Shown in pieces: positions 35,182 to 47,705 of a stretch of 64,000 bases of DNA. The position numbers and the translations under genes were made by a program. The stretch covers positions 62,001 to 126,000 of the forward strand of contig MCFE01000078.1 of NCBI GenBank assembly GCA_002104905.1, in the 5' to 3' direction. This DNA is from Basidiobolus meristosporus CBS 931.73. Lineage: Eukaryota; Fungi; Basidiobolomycota. The notes under the pieces were generated by a model that ran no database searches, was not told where the DNA came from, and saw only the letters and a program-made list of their open reading frames with translations. Position 1 is the first letter of the stretch. Each line of letters opens with the position of its first letter.

Positions 35182-36207
35182 TATTTGTATATTTTTCAGC
35201 TTGTTACTGGTTGTATCTGAATAAAAGGCCTGTTATTGTAATAAATTTAGCTTAATAGAAGAGTAACTTCGACCGTAAATATGCTTACAAAGTTAAAATA
35301 GGACAGAAGGTGAATAGGTAAGGGCTAAAGGAGCTAAAGAGAGAGAAAAGTTAAAGCCGACATAAGAAGTGCTATGAGTTCCTACCCGAGGATCAATGGG
35401 AATTAAATCAATACGTCTTATTTAATTAAGTGTTACATTGTGATCTTCATAGTAAATCAAATCATACCCTAAAGTATTACTCCACTGACAATCATATTGA
35501 TTTAATGTGATGATAAATGCTATTTACTCTTAAAGCATTTATTTAAATATCAATTAGGCTACATGAAGTACATGGACTGGTTTGAATATGCATGTTTCTT
35601 GGATGAGGACTGAAATATTGTGGGTTTGTTTAAATGCTGCATTGATTTATGTAATCTAACTCTCAACTATTTATTTTATTTAGCCTATGCCACGACAATG
35701 GTAACACGAATATCCCCAAAGTGTGTATATCTCAATGTCCATTTTGCTTTGTCATTGTGATGGACGATGCTATATTAAACCAAGCAACTTGTTTACACTC
35801 GTGAGAAAATTCAATGGATGGTTTACTTGATCAATTGAACAATGAGTAAATAGGTCTCTACGATGTGCGTTTTGCCTAGCATTATTAAGTTCACTATTAT
35901 GCAATTTATCTTGAGACGTGTAAATGCGTGTTGAGAATCCAACAAAATATCCAACCAATTATACTATATCTACTGTCAAATTGGAACTATTAATATCCGT
36001 TCGCATTCGAATATTTTAGCAACTCGGGAAGTGGGCTTTTGGCTTTGTGACGACAAATATTTCTTGATATCTATATAGAACATTTAGACGTATTTCCGAA
36101 GTGATTTCCGTGTTTTTTGGCTCAACACTTAAACGGTTAACCCATTACCAAACGAAAACCAAACCTATTTCACTTGACGTAGCACTCAAGAAAGAGGCTC
36201 GAAGGCC

Positions 36208-39200
36208 ATGTTTACACTTCCTACACTTTGTGAAAATTCTCACTTTTGGGAGGATATATTAAGCAATGAATACTTCATTGCTCAGCGTGCTCTTGGTTCC
36301 AACAATTCTCTGCTGAAAAACGTCATTGGAACCATTCAAAATGTGTTAGTGTCTTGATTCTCTTTAATAATGATCAATTTTCGTACTTGTCTTATCTTCC
36401 TTTCCACTGATACTCCTATTTGTATAGTTTGGATACAAAACAAGCTCCTTTCCGTATCCTATTTCGACCAAACGCAAATGGAGATAGAATGCATCTAATA
36501 GCCGAGTCTGATTCTCGTGATGGGATTGAGAAGCCATGGAAGTGGCTTGAAGGTAAAGTCTACACGTAACACTAGTTGATCTTGGAGTACTATCTAACTC
36601 TTTTGATAGACCATCTTGTCAAAGAGCTGCAGGCTTTAGACGATCCGTTTGAAAGAGAGACCTTTGTTCTAACGAAGATTAATTCATTGGTATCAAGCTT
36701 GGATGCTGGCGACGATTCGGCTAATGACGAAAAGCTTAGAGCGGCAACAAGAGCTTTTAGACAAACATTTAATTTACCTACGAGTGAAAGAGTCGTGAAT
36801 TTCTATTCATGTGGATATCACCGTAACTTTATGATCAACCAAGGCTGGATGTACATAAGTGAGCACTATCTATGCTTTTACTCGTTTATCCTTGGCATCG
36901 AGGCCAAAATCCAGATCCCATTGAGAGATATAGAAAGCTTACATAAGGAAGTGTCCAAAAGAGGGCTGCTCTCGGATGCAATCAAAGTTATTACCAGAGA
37001 TAAAAAAGAGGTATACCAACATTTATAGTGTATATATGATAGCTTGTGAACCAATATTAACAGGTATTTACTGGCACAGTACTTCTTCTCTAATCTATTT
37101 CGTCGTGATGAGGTAAGCAGGCGTGATTGTATGTACCTGGCGGATTTAGCAAGAATTAATTTGAGATTCTGTAGACATATGATCTTTTAGTTCAGTTAAC
37201 GAACTTATCAATGCAAAAGCTATTGCAAAATACTGCGATGGATTTCGCACCCGGGCTATCGTTGGATGCTCAAACTGCAGCTGAATCTCTCTACGACTCG
37301 TCAGACATTACACTTGGTACAAAATCATCGAGCCAGAGTCTTCAGAGCCGTTTTCAAAAAATGACCTTGAAGGAGGATCTCAGGCTGCAGAAACGAAATG
37401 CCATATTCCAGACAACCTTTCGTCTTCCATCATCAGAGCATTTACTCGTTGAAACGGATGCTATTCTTTCTGTACCCAACCGTGAAGAAAAATATCACGG
37501 AAAGCTCAGTATCTCCGAAACATTTATCACATTTTTATCTACCGATGGGCGCTTGTGTTCCACTGCCATTCCGTTATTTGTGATTCGTAGGGTAGAAAGG
37601 ATCAACCCCAAGTCGAATTTATGTATCCTGGCTATAACCACTTGGCATCATATGAAAGTGGTATTTCAAATACAAGGCTCGCGCAAGATCGGGGAAAGCT
37701 ACTGTACAGCACTCAGAACCAACCTCAAAGATCAGGTGAATGCCATGAAAGCGCTCAAGCCGTTTTTGCAAACATGCGTCTCCGAAACCATATTGAAAGA
37801 AAAGGAGATTCTGAAAAATGGTGGGCTTGGTCTGAAATTTGGGTATCCTGGCGATGCAAAGAAATCGAAGGAAAAAGGGAAAAACAAATACTGGTTCAGC
37901 TATCTCAAAGACAATGGCCGCAATCTTACCCTTCTAAAATTCCCGGATTTCTCTCGGTTAGTCAGGATTGGACTCCCAAACAATTTACGCGGTGAAATAT
38001 GGGAAATATGCAGTGGCTCTATCTATCTGAGAGCTATGAACTCAGGCCTCTACGAAAAAATTATAGACGAAAATGCTGGCAAAGTGTCGTTGTCAACTGA
38101 GGAAATCGAGAAAGATTTGAACCGCTCGCTACCGGAGTACCCTGCTTATCAAATAACAGAAGGCATCGATACGCTAAGAAGAGTATTGACGGCCTATTCT
38201 TGGAAAGATCCTGCACTTGGCTATTGTCAGGCCATGAACATAGTCGCATCAGCTATTCTCATTTATATGAGTGAGGAGCAAGCGTTCTGGACTTTGAGCG
38301 TGCTCTGCGATCGATTGCTTCCTGGATATTATAGTACATCCATGTATGGTGCGCTTCTTGATCAATCAATTTTCGAACACCTAGTTGAGCAGTGTATGCC
38401 TATCCTGCATGAACATCTCAAGAAAGCCGATATTCAACTGTCAGTAGCTTGTTTGCCCTGGTTTTTAAGCCTCTTCATCAATACTATGCCGCTCTCATTT
38501 GCCTTCCGGGTATTGGACTGCTTTTTCTTGGAAGGTCCACAAGTTTTGTTCCAGGTGGCGCTTGCAATTATCAAGATTAATGGGGATGAGCTTATCGAGG
38601 CAACTGATGACGGAGCGTTTATTCACACACTCAAACAATATTTCACCAAGTTGGATGATCCTCTCTATCCGCACAGCAAAAACCCAAGGGCTAAATTGTT
38701 AACCAAGTTCCATGAGCTTATGTTGGTTGCGTTTAAGGAATTCGCTCATGTCAACACTGAATGTATCACAGAGCTGCGCAAATCACACCAATTCCGGATC
38801 GTTCATAATATAGAGAGCTTCACAAAACGCACTCACATTCGTAATCTTATTGAAACGTCAAGATTCAACAAGGAGGAATTGTCAGCCATCTATGACAAGT
38901 TCTATGATGTCCAATTTTACAGCAACAAGAAGCAATCAGAAAGGCCTGACCTCAAAATGGACTTCTGGAATTTTCACAAGTTCCTCGGTACCCTTGCTCC
39001 ATGGGCCATTATAGAGACTAGTACCGAATCACAGCGATTGTTGAAAGGCCACGGGTCTTTGGTTATCCAGAAGAAAACTGTCGGCAGCTCATTCATTGAA
39101 AAGCTGTTCAAATACTTCGACAAAACCCGATGCGGCAGCTTATCCCTTCAAGACATCGTTAACGGGCTCCAAGACATCATGTTTGGTGATCTGATGTCGC

Positions 39201-39874
39201 AGATCCAACTTTTCTTCCATCTCCACGACAGCAATGATGATGGTTTCTTATCAAAGGAGGATATTTTACAATTATCTGAGAGCTTCTTGTTTCTATTCCG
39301 AAACGAGAAGGATGACCGGTATCTTCGCGCAGTTTCCAATCTTCTTCAGAACTCCATCCAATACTCCGAATCTGCTATGCATGCAGCCAACCCACAGGTC
39401 TTAGAAACGGTGGATGGAAATGGTGACATCCTCAGCACTGTGGTAGAAAGGGAGGATGATGGAATAATCGTATCGTTGCCTACATTTCGTATGATTGTTC
39501 TTACTGACGAAACATTGGAGCAATTTTTCGACTACAAGTTTGCTGCATCTTTCCAACTGACGGTTGATTCTAGTACTGATAAGCAGAAAGGCCTTGGTCG
39601 AGAAATCTTTGAATCATTACTTAATGAAGGGTCTCGACTCGCCGATCGTGTGTCTCAATTTCCTAAGAGAAAACTTATCAGGAGCTCACCTGTCCCGAGT
39701 GTGCATTCGCAAGTGGAGAATCTGATTGATATATCGCCACCATCTCTTTCCGCTTCAGATGCCAACAAGGATCCCCACGACGATGAGGATGAGGATGATT
39801 TGATGGCCGTAGACCACCTGCTTCGACATTTAGATGAACCCCACAAAGAAAGTTTAATTGATGATTTTCCATAG
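36208..39874 (+). CDS. MDR1: GRAM-TBC-EF-hand Rab GTPase-activating protein (Mdr1/Gyp2, TBC1D9-like), multi-exon
   Basis: GRAM exons (FRQTFNLPTSERVVNFYSC; FRLPSSEHL), TBC catalytic IEKDLNRSLP and GYCQAMN, and EF-hand FHLHDSNDDGFLSKEDI. Confidence 0.9.
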
Positions 39875-40245
39875 CTTGACGTTCTTTGATACAATCACAA
39901 AATATAACTTCATATATTTTTCCCCACCTTTAGAGGAGCATTAGACTGCTCGACTTTGATATAAAAGTATCTACACCTGTATTTCTTCACACCTTCAATG
40001 TTATAAAGATTCATTAGAGTACACGTTATTTTCAAGACGGTTTTTATTAATCCAAAGGTTGCTCCATTTTTCCAATATATGTACGGGCATGAGAGCTCAA
40101 GATAAAGCTAATAATATGGCACGAACATTAACTATCTCTAGAACTTTACTCTATGCGCTTAGTATTGAGAGTATAATTATACGTAGATTGATTCAGTAGC
40201 TCATGATATTCATATTCACAAAAACATCGCTAGTAGTTTGTACAA

Positions 40246-41318
40246 TTACTCATGGTTATGCTGCTCCATTTCTTCATTATCGATCACTTCGTCAATTTGT
40301 TGGCACTTATGTGTCACTTCCTCTCTTTCTTCTGATTCCATTGCACGAGATCTTTTACGTGCCGCCAATCTGACTAGGGCTCGCTCGCGGTTTTCTCTGA
40401 TACGACGCAGCTGATCCACCTCAATATCACCGCTGGATCCTGTTAATTACACTCCATCATTAGCATCGACAGGGGGAATTGTGTTTACTCCTAGCTGATT
40501 GCTTATGTTCTCATCGTTGTCGCCAAAGCACCAGTCAGTTAATGCTTCGGGCCTGCGTTCACATCTTGATTAACCACAAAGAAGCTAAAATAGTCTAGCA
40601 GGACAATCTTACCGGTTATTATCGAGCTGAATCTGAACCTCTGTAATACCTTTTGATACCTAAAATACCACCCTATATGCATTCAATAAATCATACCAGG
40701 AGCCATGTCGCGATTAGAAAGCTCTGTCTTTATGAGCTCTTCCCGAAAAATCTGTTGTGTAGAGGTAGTTAACTTCGTATCACTGAGCCATCAAAATCTG
40801 CAATTACTTTAAGTTTCCTTTCCGGGCACAGGTTTTCTATCTTCTTGACTGCGTCTAGGAAACGCATTTTTGGAAACAATTGATGGCACCAAAGTTGATA
40901 GAAATCCAATAGTTGTTGGAGGTCTTCAAACTATACCAAAGGTATTGGAATTGACAAAACTCGGGACGTCAGGTATTCATTTAACGATTACCTCCTGACC
41001 CTTTCCCTTGAATTTTAGCTTAGGACCTTTCTCCTTGATAAGCATCAATCCGTTGGGTTGAAGCAAACTAGGCAAAAATGAGCAAGTTGGTCAACCCAGG
41101 CTTTGAGAATATGCTACTTTACCGATTAGCATCTAACTTGGGTTGCGGTTCTCTCCTCTGACGAGTCTCGACTTTGTCGAGATCCTCGGCGGAGAGTGAG
41201 CTAGTCGAGAAGGGTTTGTTTGGTTGTTGGACCTCCTCGAACCCGCCCACTTCTTCATTCTGGTAAGTTGTGGAAGGAGTTTTTTGCCACTGTCGGCGTC
41301 TAGCTCGTATTCAAACAT
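40246..41318 (-). CDS. CSM3: Replication fork protection subunit Csm3/Swi3/TIPIN, multi-exon; 5' end and one internal junction unresolved
   Basis: Swi3 domain PKLDANRLLQPNGL...KLKFKGKGQEFEDLQQLLDFYQLWCHQLFPKMRFLDAVKKIE assembled across GT-AG introns. C-terminal QLRRIRENRERAL motif. Confidence 0.8.
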
Positions 41319-41876
41319 AAGAGTTGTTGAGGCTAATGGGACTACTCCCACTACTCACTACTAGATCGTAAATATCACCACACTCAATTGTGTTTGTTGA
41401 TTATTCTAATTAGGATTAATTGATTGGTGTATGCGGAATATAAACTGCTGATCACTCCACTCTTTATACCGAGAGTTAATCAGAGAACTAACCAACTCTA
41501 ATTACTTCGGCAGTCTGAGCAGATCAAGGTAAAAATATTCTCGACGTCTATTTATAATTTCACGGGAATGTTCTTGATCTGATAGGCTGAGCCATATATG
41601 TCCATCATCGATACGTCTCTGGAGCGTTTTTGACATCTTCAGAGAATTTGTTATTGGATGGACGAAAGCCATTCTTCAGACATGGCTTTCCCCTTCCGAG
41701 ATCACTCTTGTATCCGTATTTCGAAAATTTGGTTCCCTTCTTTGGACATTGCAATAATAACCCAATCTTTCTTTTTTTCTCTTGAGCTACTTGGTTTAAC
41801 GAAGCAACATTATTTCTAAACTCCGAACACTTCGTTTGACCCTCTCTGTATAAATCTCGGTTTAACAAAGCACTGT

Positions 41877-43197
41877 ATGTTCCTGTTACAGCTTTTATCA
41901 CTCCTCGGTCTAAACTCACTCGTCTACGGGCTGGACTCTACCGACACTTCTATCGGGGGTATGAATTTCGCCATATACGCCTTGTTGCCAGTACTAATCT
42001 CCTTACAGCGAGTTACCTCGATTCATACTGTGGCCCGGATCTCTACTGCCTCCCGAAGGAAGATGAACTATGGTACCCGCACGATAGTGAGTTTGTCAGG
42101 TGGAACAGGTACTATCCTACTTTTTCGACTTTCGTCAACATATCGCTATTCAATACGAAGTCAGAGGTCCCGGTGGAGGAATGGCCTCTTTATAAAAACG
42201 AAGGTCTGCTGGTTATCAATAATATCCCTTCCAGCTGGTTCATTGGGGTGAATTTAAGCGCCAATGTGACCCAGGAGTTTTACTTCTTCATCACTGGACC
42301 CTATACTCCTACAGTTGTCATACCAAGAGGCCCCAACTTCTATATACAAAGTAGGTGATCTTGTTTCAGATCAAGAATACAAAACGTTTACCAAGCAAAA
42401 TTCACTAATGTTGATGCGGATCATATTTAAGAGCCGCAGATATTACCTGCCTATGCTAACCCTGTAGCAGTTGTCAATGCCTCCGAATCTATTATTCACA
42501 CAAGTACTGTCGTATCCATGACTCCTACCAGCCGTCCCTCAACCGTAGTGAGTTCAATACCATCTAGTACCAGCTCATCACCAGCGACACAAAACTCGAG
42601 TTCCACCAATCTGTCAGCAGGCGCAATCAGCGGTATCACTGTTGGCAGTGTGGCTGGTGTTACGATAATTGCTTGATATCCTTTATTTTCACTCGCTCCG
42701 CTCGCTGCTTCACACATTCTATACTACCTCCATCTTTCCTTGACTTTGCTTTCCTTACTTTAGTCTATTTTTTCCGACGTAGACGCAGAAATCAAGCTTC
42801 CAGCTATGAAACCAAAGCGGAGATCGACTCGGGTCCCACAATGGCTTGCAACAGTTCAGCTGATACTTCTGGCCCTGATACAGATGTCACCATGGAGATG
42901 GCCGAGCCACCAAATCCCATCAAACGGAATTCGCTTCGACTAACTGTGAAAGGGGCCCAAGAGCTTGCCCACACCTACCGAAAGATGCTTACCAACCAGG
43001 AAACGGTGGAGGAGAGCTCCACCCAGAATCAGCCTCGGACTCTGTACAGTGATGAGCTGCTTCGTCGAGAGTTAGCAGCTGATGGTCACGGTGTGAAATA
43101 CGTCTCTACTGCACCGGCGATCGTCGTGATGGGTGACGACCAACAAAGTCTACGTAGTATGACTGCTGATACTTCGGATTCGAGAGAGATCCCTTGA
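41877..43197 (+). CDS. Type I membrane protein with Mid2/Wsc-like sensor architecture, join(41877..41958,42009..42350,42468..42675,42759..43197), 356 aa
   Basis: Signal peptide MFLLQLLSLLGLNSLVYG, ~130-aa ectodomain, S/T-rich stalk, TM LSAGAISGITVGSVAGVTIIACLVYFF, RRRRR stop-transfer and a cytoplasmic tail. The exons total 1071 nt in frame. Confidence 0.8.
42676..42758 (+). other. U12-type (minor spliceosome) AT-AC intron, 83 nt
   Basis: 5' splice site ATATCCTTT, branch site TTCCTTGAC at 42736-42744, 3' end ...TTAC. Excision removes a TGA and rebuilds the TM helix in frame. Confidence 0.85.
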
Positions 43198-43601
43198 GAA
43201 ATCACCACAACCTTCCAAACTTTTGCATCGAATTCATCCAACCTATACCCCACCCATCTTAGAATACCCTTGATTGTGTAAAAACCCCCTTTCGCCCCCG
43301 CACCTTCCCCTTCACATCAAATGTAAGTAAAAGTCATACCCATCGCTTCGCCCAGAAATCCTATCTCACCTGATTCGCTGAAGATCTGTTTCATTTAACC
43401 ATATGGGTGAAGATCCCTTATCTGCCTAATCTGTTGCGTGCATACCTAACCCCAACCTCGATACTTTATCCCACTAGTCCTCCAACTGACTGACAATTCA
43501 GCTTGATCGCTATGGGGGCGGTAAGACAGACCTGGGTATTATAGCTATTTTCATCATGTTGAGGATCTATCATACATTACTTGATTTATCCCATTTCCTA
43601 G

Positions 43602-44033
43602 CACTCTTCCAATCTGGGAACACTACCTAGACCTTGCTGGATGCAACGGCTGAAGTATTTATCAGATGGGTGAGCACAGAGCTTCATCATGATCGGTGGA
43701 GTCACATTCCGCCGATCCATACAACCTGTGCTGTCAAAGGTGACTGGAATATATAATAATCCGTTCTCATATTAAAAGGTAATTTTGGGATTAATTGCGT
43801 ACTGTTCTCGTATCAGCCCTTTTGTATCGAAAACATGCGACGTATGGGTATGTAGCGAACGAAAATCCAAAAAGAGGTTTAGACTAGGTAGGTAATAGGC
43901 AAACTATTGTCAAACATCATTCCCTGCCAATTCTTGTAAAGGCCAGTTCCTTCATGGAACAACAGAGGGCCCGTTACCGAGCGTATCACCCGTTTGATTT
44001 ACATGAGTCATTACATGTGGTTGGGATGACTGA
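43602..44033 (+). pseudogene. Decayed WD40-repeat gene fragment, CDC40(PRP17)/WDR25-like
   Basis: AYHPFDLH[-1 frameshift]VITCGWDD* at 43981-44033 resembles the CDC40-type C-terminal WHPHETSKVITCGWDG. Upstream are weaker WD-like pieces (TLPIWE), stops and intron-like GT-AG stretches. Confidence 0.45.
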
Positions 44034-45207
44034 AAACAACATGGCTCTTTTTCTACTTTTTTCTAATGTGGTTAGCAATTGCCACAAGCGTACCGATTTG
44101 TTACTGAATCTTATCTGGACATGGTTCAAATTTAATCAATCACTCAGAGCTACCTACTCAACAACAAATCACCAAACGAAAATACATCTAAATACTCTAG
44201 ATTGCTTGCAAGCGTCTTCAAACTTTCTCAAGGCGAAGTGGCCTCCGCAGAGGAAGACAGCCCAAAAGAAAGGGCTGTCGAACAAAAACCAACCTGGAAT
44301 AAACTTGCAAGTTGAAAAAAAGCAGGATTAGGGGCCACATTGAAATATACTATTGTATGGAACATGTAAACCCACCCCAACCCACTTCATATGCAAATAC
44401 GAAGCCTAACCACTAATTTTGCCACAATTAATGTGCCTAGCTACACTAAATTCTTATTTGTGTTGAAAGTGGCAGTGTGGACTTACAAATGATTTAGAGT
44501 ATTTAGATAAAAGTGTGGTATTTCACTTATTGATTTATTGAAACAAAGCCATCGTACTTTTATATGAACTTCGTAAGTGTAGCAACACGAGCGTTTTGAG
44601 AAAGGTTCCAGGAAGTCGTGTGCAAACTTTGGGGCCTTTTGGACGAGGTTGAAATATTAAGAATTAGCGAATCGTATGAATATAATTCCAAAACGGTAAC
44701 AAGGCAGGAATGTTAGCAAAAAACCCAGCTTGAAATTTTATTTGGGATTATTATGGCCGAGATGAAATGGCTGCAGCTTTTATCTTTCCCATCTTAACAA
44801 TCATGTTCTGGGAGATTCTCAAGAGTTTTCTTGTGGAAATAATGCGTTCTTTTAAATGTTGCTAGATTATAGGTGATGCGAAAAAGGGAGAGCATGTGGC
44901 CCATGCCATTAGGTGCAGAATGTGGAGCATATGGGCAAGTTCTCAGAGGACTCGCTCATCTGGCACCAGGCCAGCATAAACCTCGCCGCTCCCATTCAAC
45001 AAATTGGTAGCAAACTAGGGGTATGAACTAAACTCGCATTTGATCGGAAAACTAACGAGACCCTGAAAATTGTCTATGGCATTTTAATATCACAAAACTA
45101 AGGTGTATGTATAAGCGGGTGGGGAAATTCGATGCAAGGGTATGGATCTGATTGGTGGAGATGCGTTTGATATTAAGTACGACTGGTATATATCAAATCA
45201 ACAGCAT

Positions 45208-46951
45208 CTATGAACCGACAAGTCCCAGGTTTTGCTTGCATGCCTCGTAAACGACGTAGGAAATACTGACGGCAGGAACCACCTATAAGTAATTGGGTTA
45301 GCGTTTTGAATTGGTCTGTACACCTGTTTATCGAACGGGGTACCTTGGTAAGCGTAGGGATTATCCCTTTATAGAAACCTCGAATTGTTTCTCGCCTGTA
45401 TGTGGTTCGGATCACATCAAAAGCGCCGGTATAGGTGTGGGGATGGCCTGGGGTACCTTGCGCCTGCAATCTACCATCACAGTTGAATTAAACAGTTAAG
45501 GAAGGACGGATGCTAGGTGAGCTACCTTGTTCGGATCAAAGACAACGGGTAGACTATGGTTGCTCCCACTGTACCGGAAATCATACCACAACCCAGAAGA
45601 GCCAACACACTTGGCTCTTGACAAGAGCCACCATTTTTCGTGTAGTATCCGATATAGGAATACTTCAACGACTCGAACACGGAGAGATCGATCGCCGCAA
45701 ATGGGAACACTCCTACAAGTGAAGGCAACAGGCCTTTGAAAAAGGCGCGCATTCCCTCTTGCCTCCACATAGCCTTTGCGGTTGGGAGCATGATGCTACT
45801 TTGATGTGAGTTATTGACTACACCAGAGGAGCTCATCATTCGAGTTTTCAAGATCTCCAATGGATATATGGATGTTTGTGAGGCCAACCCGGCGAATCCA
45901 CCAGCGAGGAACCTACCAGCCATACTCAGATCCTCCCCATCTTCAAGTCCCCACGCTCTTCTGACCAGGAGTTTACAATGCTCGTAAGCGTAAAACTTGA
46001 CTGCTGACTCTGGGGCGATCTTCACTACATTCAGTCCATTCCCGCGAAAAAAATTCGAGATTCCTCCGGCGCTATAGAGTTCGCGAATGGCCCCATTCAG
46101 CGATAGCCCGTATTTTTTCCCACCATGGGTCTGGGTCTGCATGTAAACTTTCAATCGGTCCAATGGTGCCGTGATGGTTCGACTGACCGCCCCTGCGATC
46201 GCCCCTGCCAACAGGAAAAGAACCATCGAGGGCTGCAACACCTCTACTTCTTCGTCAGTAGTCAACTGGGCCGCTTCCACAAAATGATCATATACATGCG
46301 ACAGAGTTTTGACATGAGGAGCAAACTAGAAAAGGGACCTTGCTTGAGCATTGTTGTGTGACAGGGATACATTGTGGTGGTGCAGTTACCAGCAAAAAGT
46401 CTTTCCACTCGTCAAAATCAATGACTCCGTCGGCTTTAGAGTCTACGAACGATACAAACTCCTTCAATTCCTCCTGCCCTAACTCGATGCCTAGTATGAA
46501 AACCTAAGACCTCGAAGAAAACAACGCTCAATTGAGTAAGGAAATTACCGATACTCCTAAGCCGTTCGTGGAGTTGACTCGGAAGTAGCGAGCGGGAGGT
46601 TGAGTTTGACAGCTCGCAAAAAAGTTTCCAGAGTTGTGCTTCTCGGGTATTCAGGAAACTTCGAAAATCGAGGTAATCCACAACTCCATCCTTGTTCTCG
46701 TCCAGGAGTTCGAGTATCTTTGAGGCGTGTTCTTTGCCGAGCAAAGGGCGAGTTGTCCCTCGTTCTATATCTGTGACGACTAGGTAACCTTTCTTGTCCA
46801 GGTCAAACTGGCGGAATGACTTTTGTAAACGATCCTCTCGCTGCAGTGGTGTTTCCTGGTATGGACTTGAAGCAGCCGTCGACCTATGCTCGCTTATTAA
46901 TATAGGTTTGAGTGAGGAAGAAGGGGTATGCTTGGGGATGGTGGTAGCCAT
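45208..46951 (-). CDS. SAL1: Ca2+-binding mitochondrial ATP-Mg/Pi carrier (SCaMC/Sal1), multi-exon
   Basis: EF-hands (FDLDKKGYL; LDENKDGVVDY; VDSKADGVIDFDEW) followed by SLC25 repeats (SRTITAPLDRLK, FRGNGLNVVKIAPESAVKF, YPLEILKTR, YPLSLIRTRLQAQG). Confidence 0.93.
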
Positions 46952-47705
46952 AATCAGCTAGGGGAAAATCGACGGGGCTTTTCCTTCAGGTAGAGATGTC
47001 TAGAAACCAAATATGGGGGAATATGAAGCAGAGTCGCAAAAGCTCTCTAGCCTTTAGCGGAATGAAATGGCATTTTAGCAGTAATACGGAAGCTCATCTT
47101 TTTATTCTTTCTGATTAATTCGCTGGATTTGGACAACTGGTTCCTGAATTGGCTTGCGCTCCATCCCCACATGAATCTGCGGGGATCACGTGCTCGGGTA
47201 GAGAACTATCTCCATGATAATCATTGCTAAGGATTGGAGGTTTGTTCGTGATCTAGATATCAGCCTTCATGGGTGGAGATTCGATCTCATTAAAGACCTA
47301 ATTATTCACGAGTACTCACATTGCATGGAGACATTACATTCAATGAATTTGGGGAAATGGTAATGACGGCCATTTGTGAAACCGTAATTTTCCCACTCTC
47401 GGTCGAATGACTACGTCAATAAGATTTCTATCACGAGGCCATCTAGTTGTTAGACAGCTTGGTGTGGACGATTCAGCGAATAGCCTTGTTAAGTGCCGTT
47501 GGGAGTGGTGAATTTCAAGTCCTCCGAACCAGGTAAGTGGAGAGTAGAGTAGTGCGCCAGGTTGAATTTTAGCCAAGTGATCCTTACGAACACTTTTACC
47601 TTTAGGAAGTACCGAGACACCTTGTTGCTTCTTTGCGGCCACTTGTATTTGTAAGTCTTCGAAGATTTCTGTTATAACCACTGTTTACTGCTGCTCGGAA
47701 TACGA

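Noticed and set aside
47340-47681. 113-codon minus-strand ORF between the two carriers
   Set aside because: Non-ATG start, no recognisable motif, and it lies in the shared promoter.
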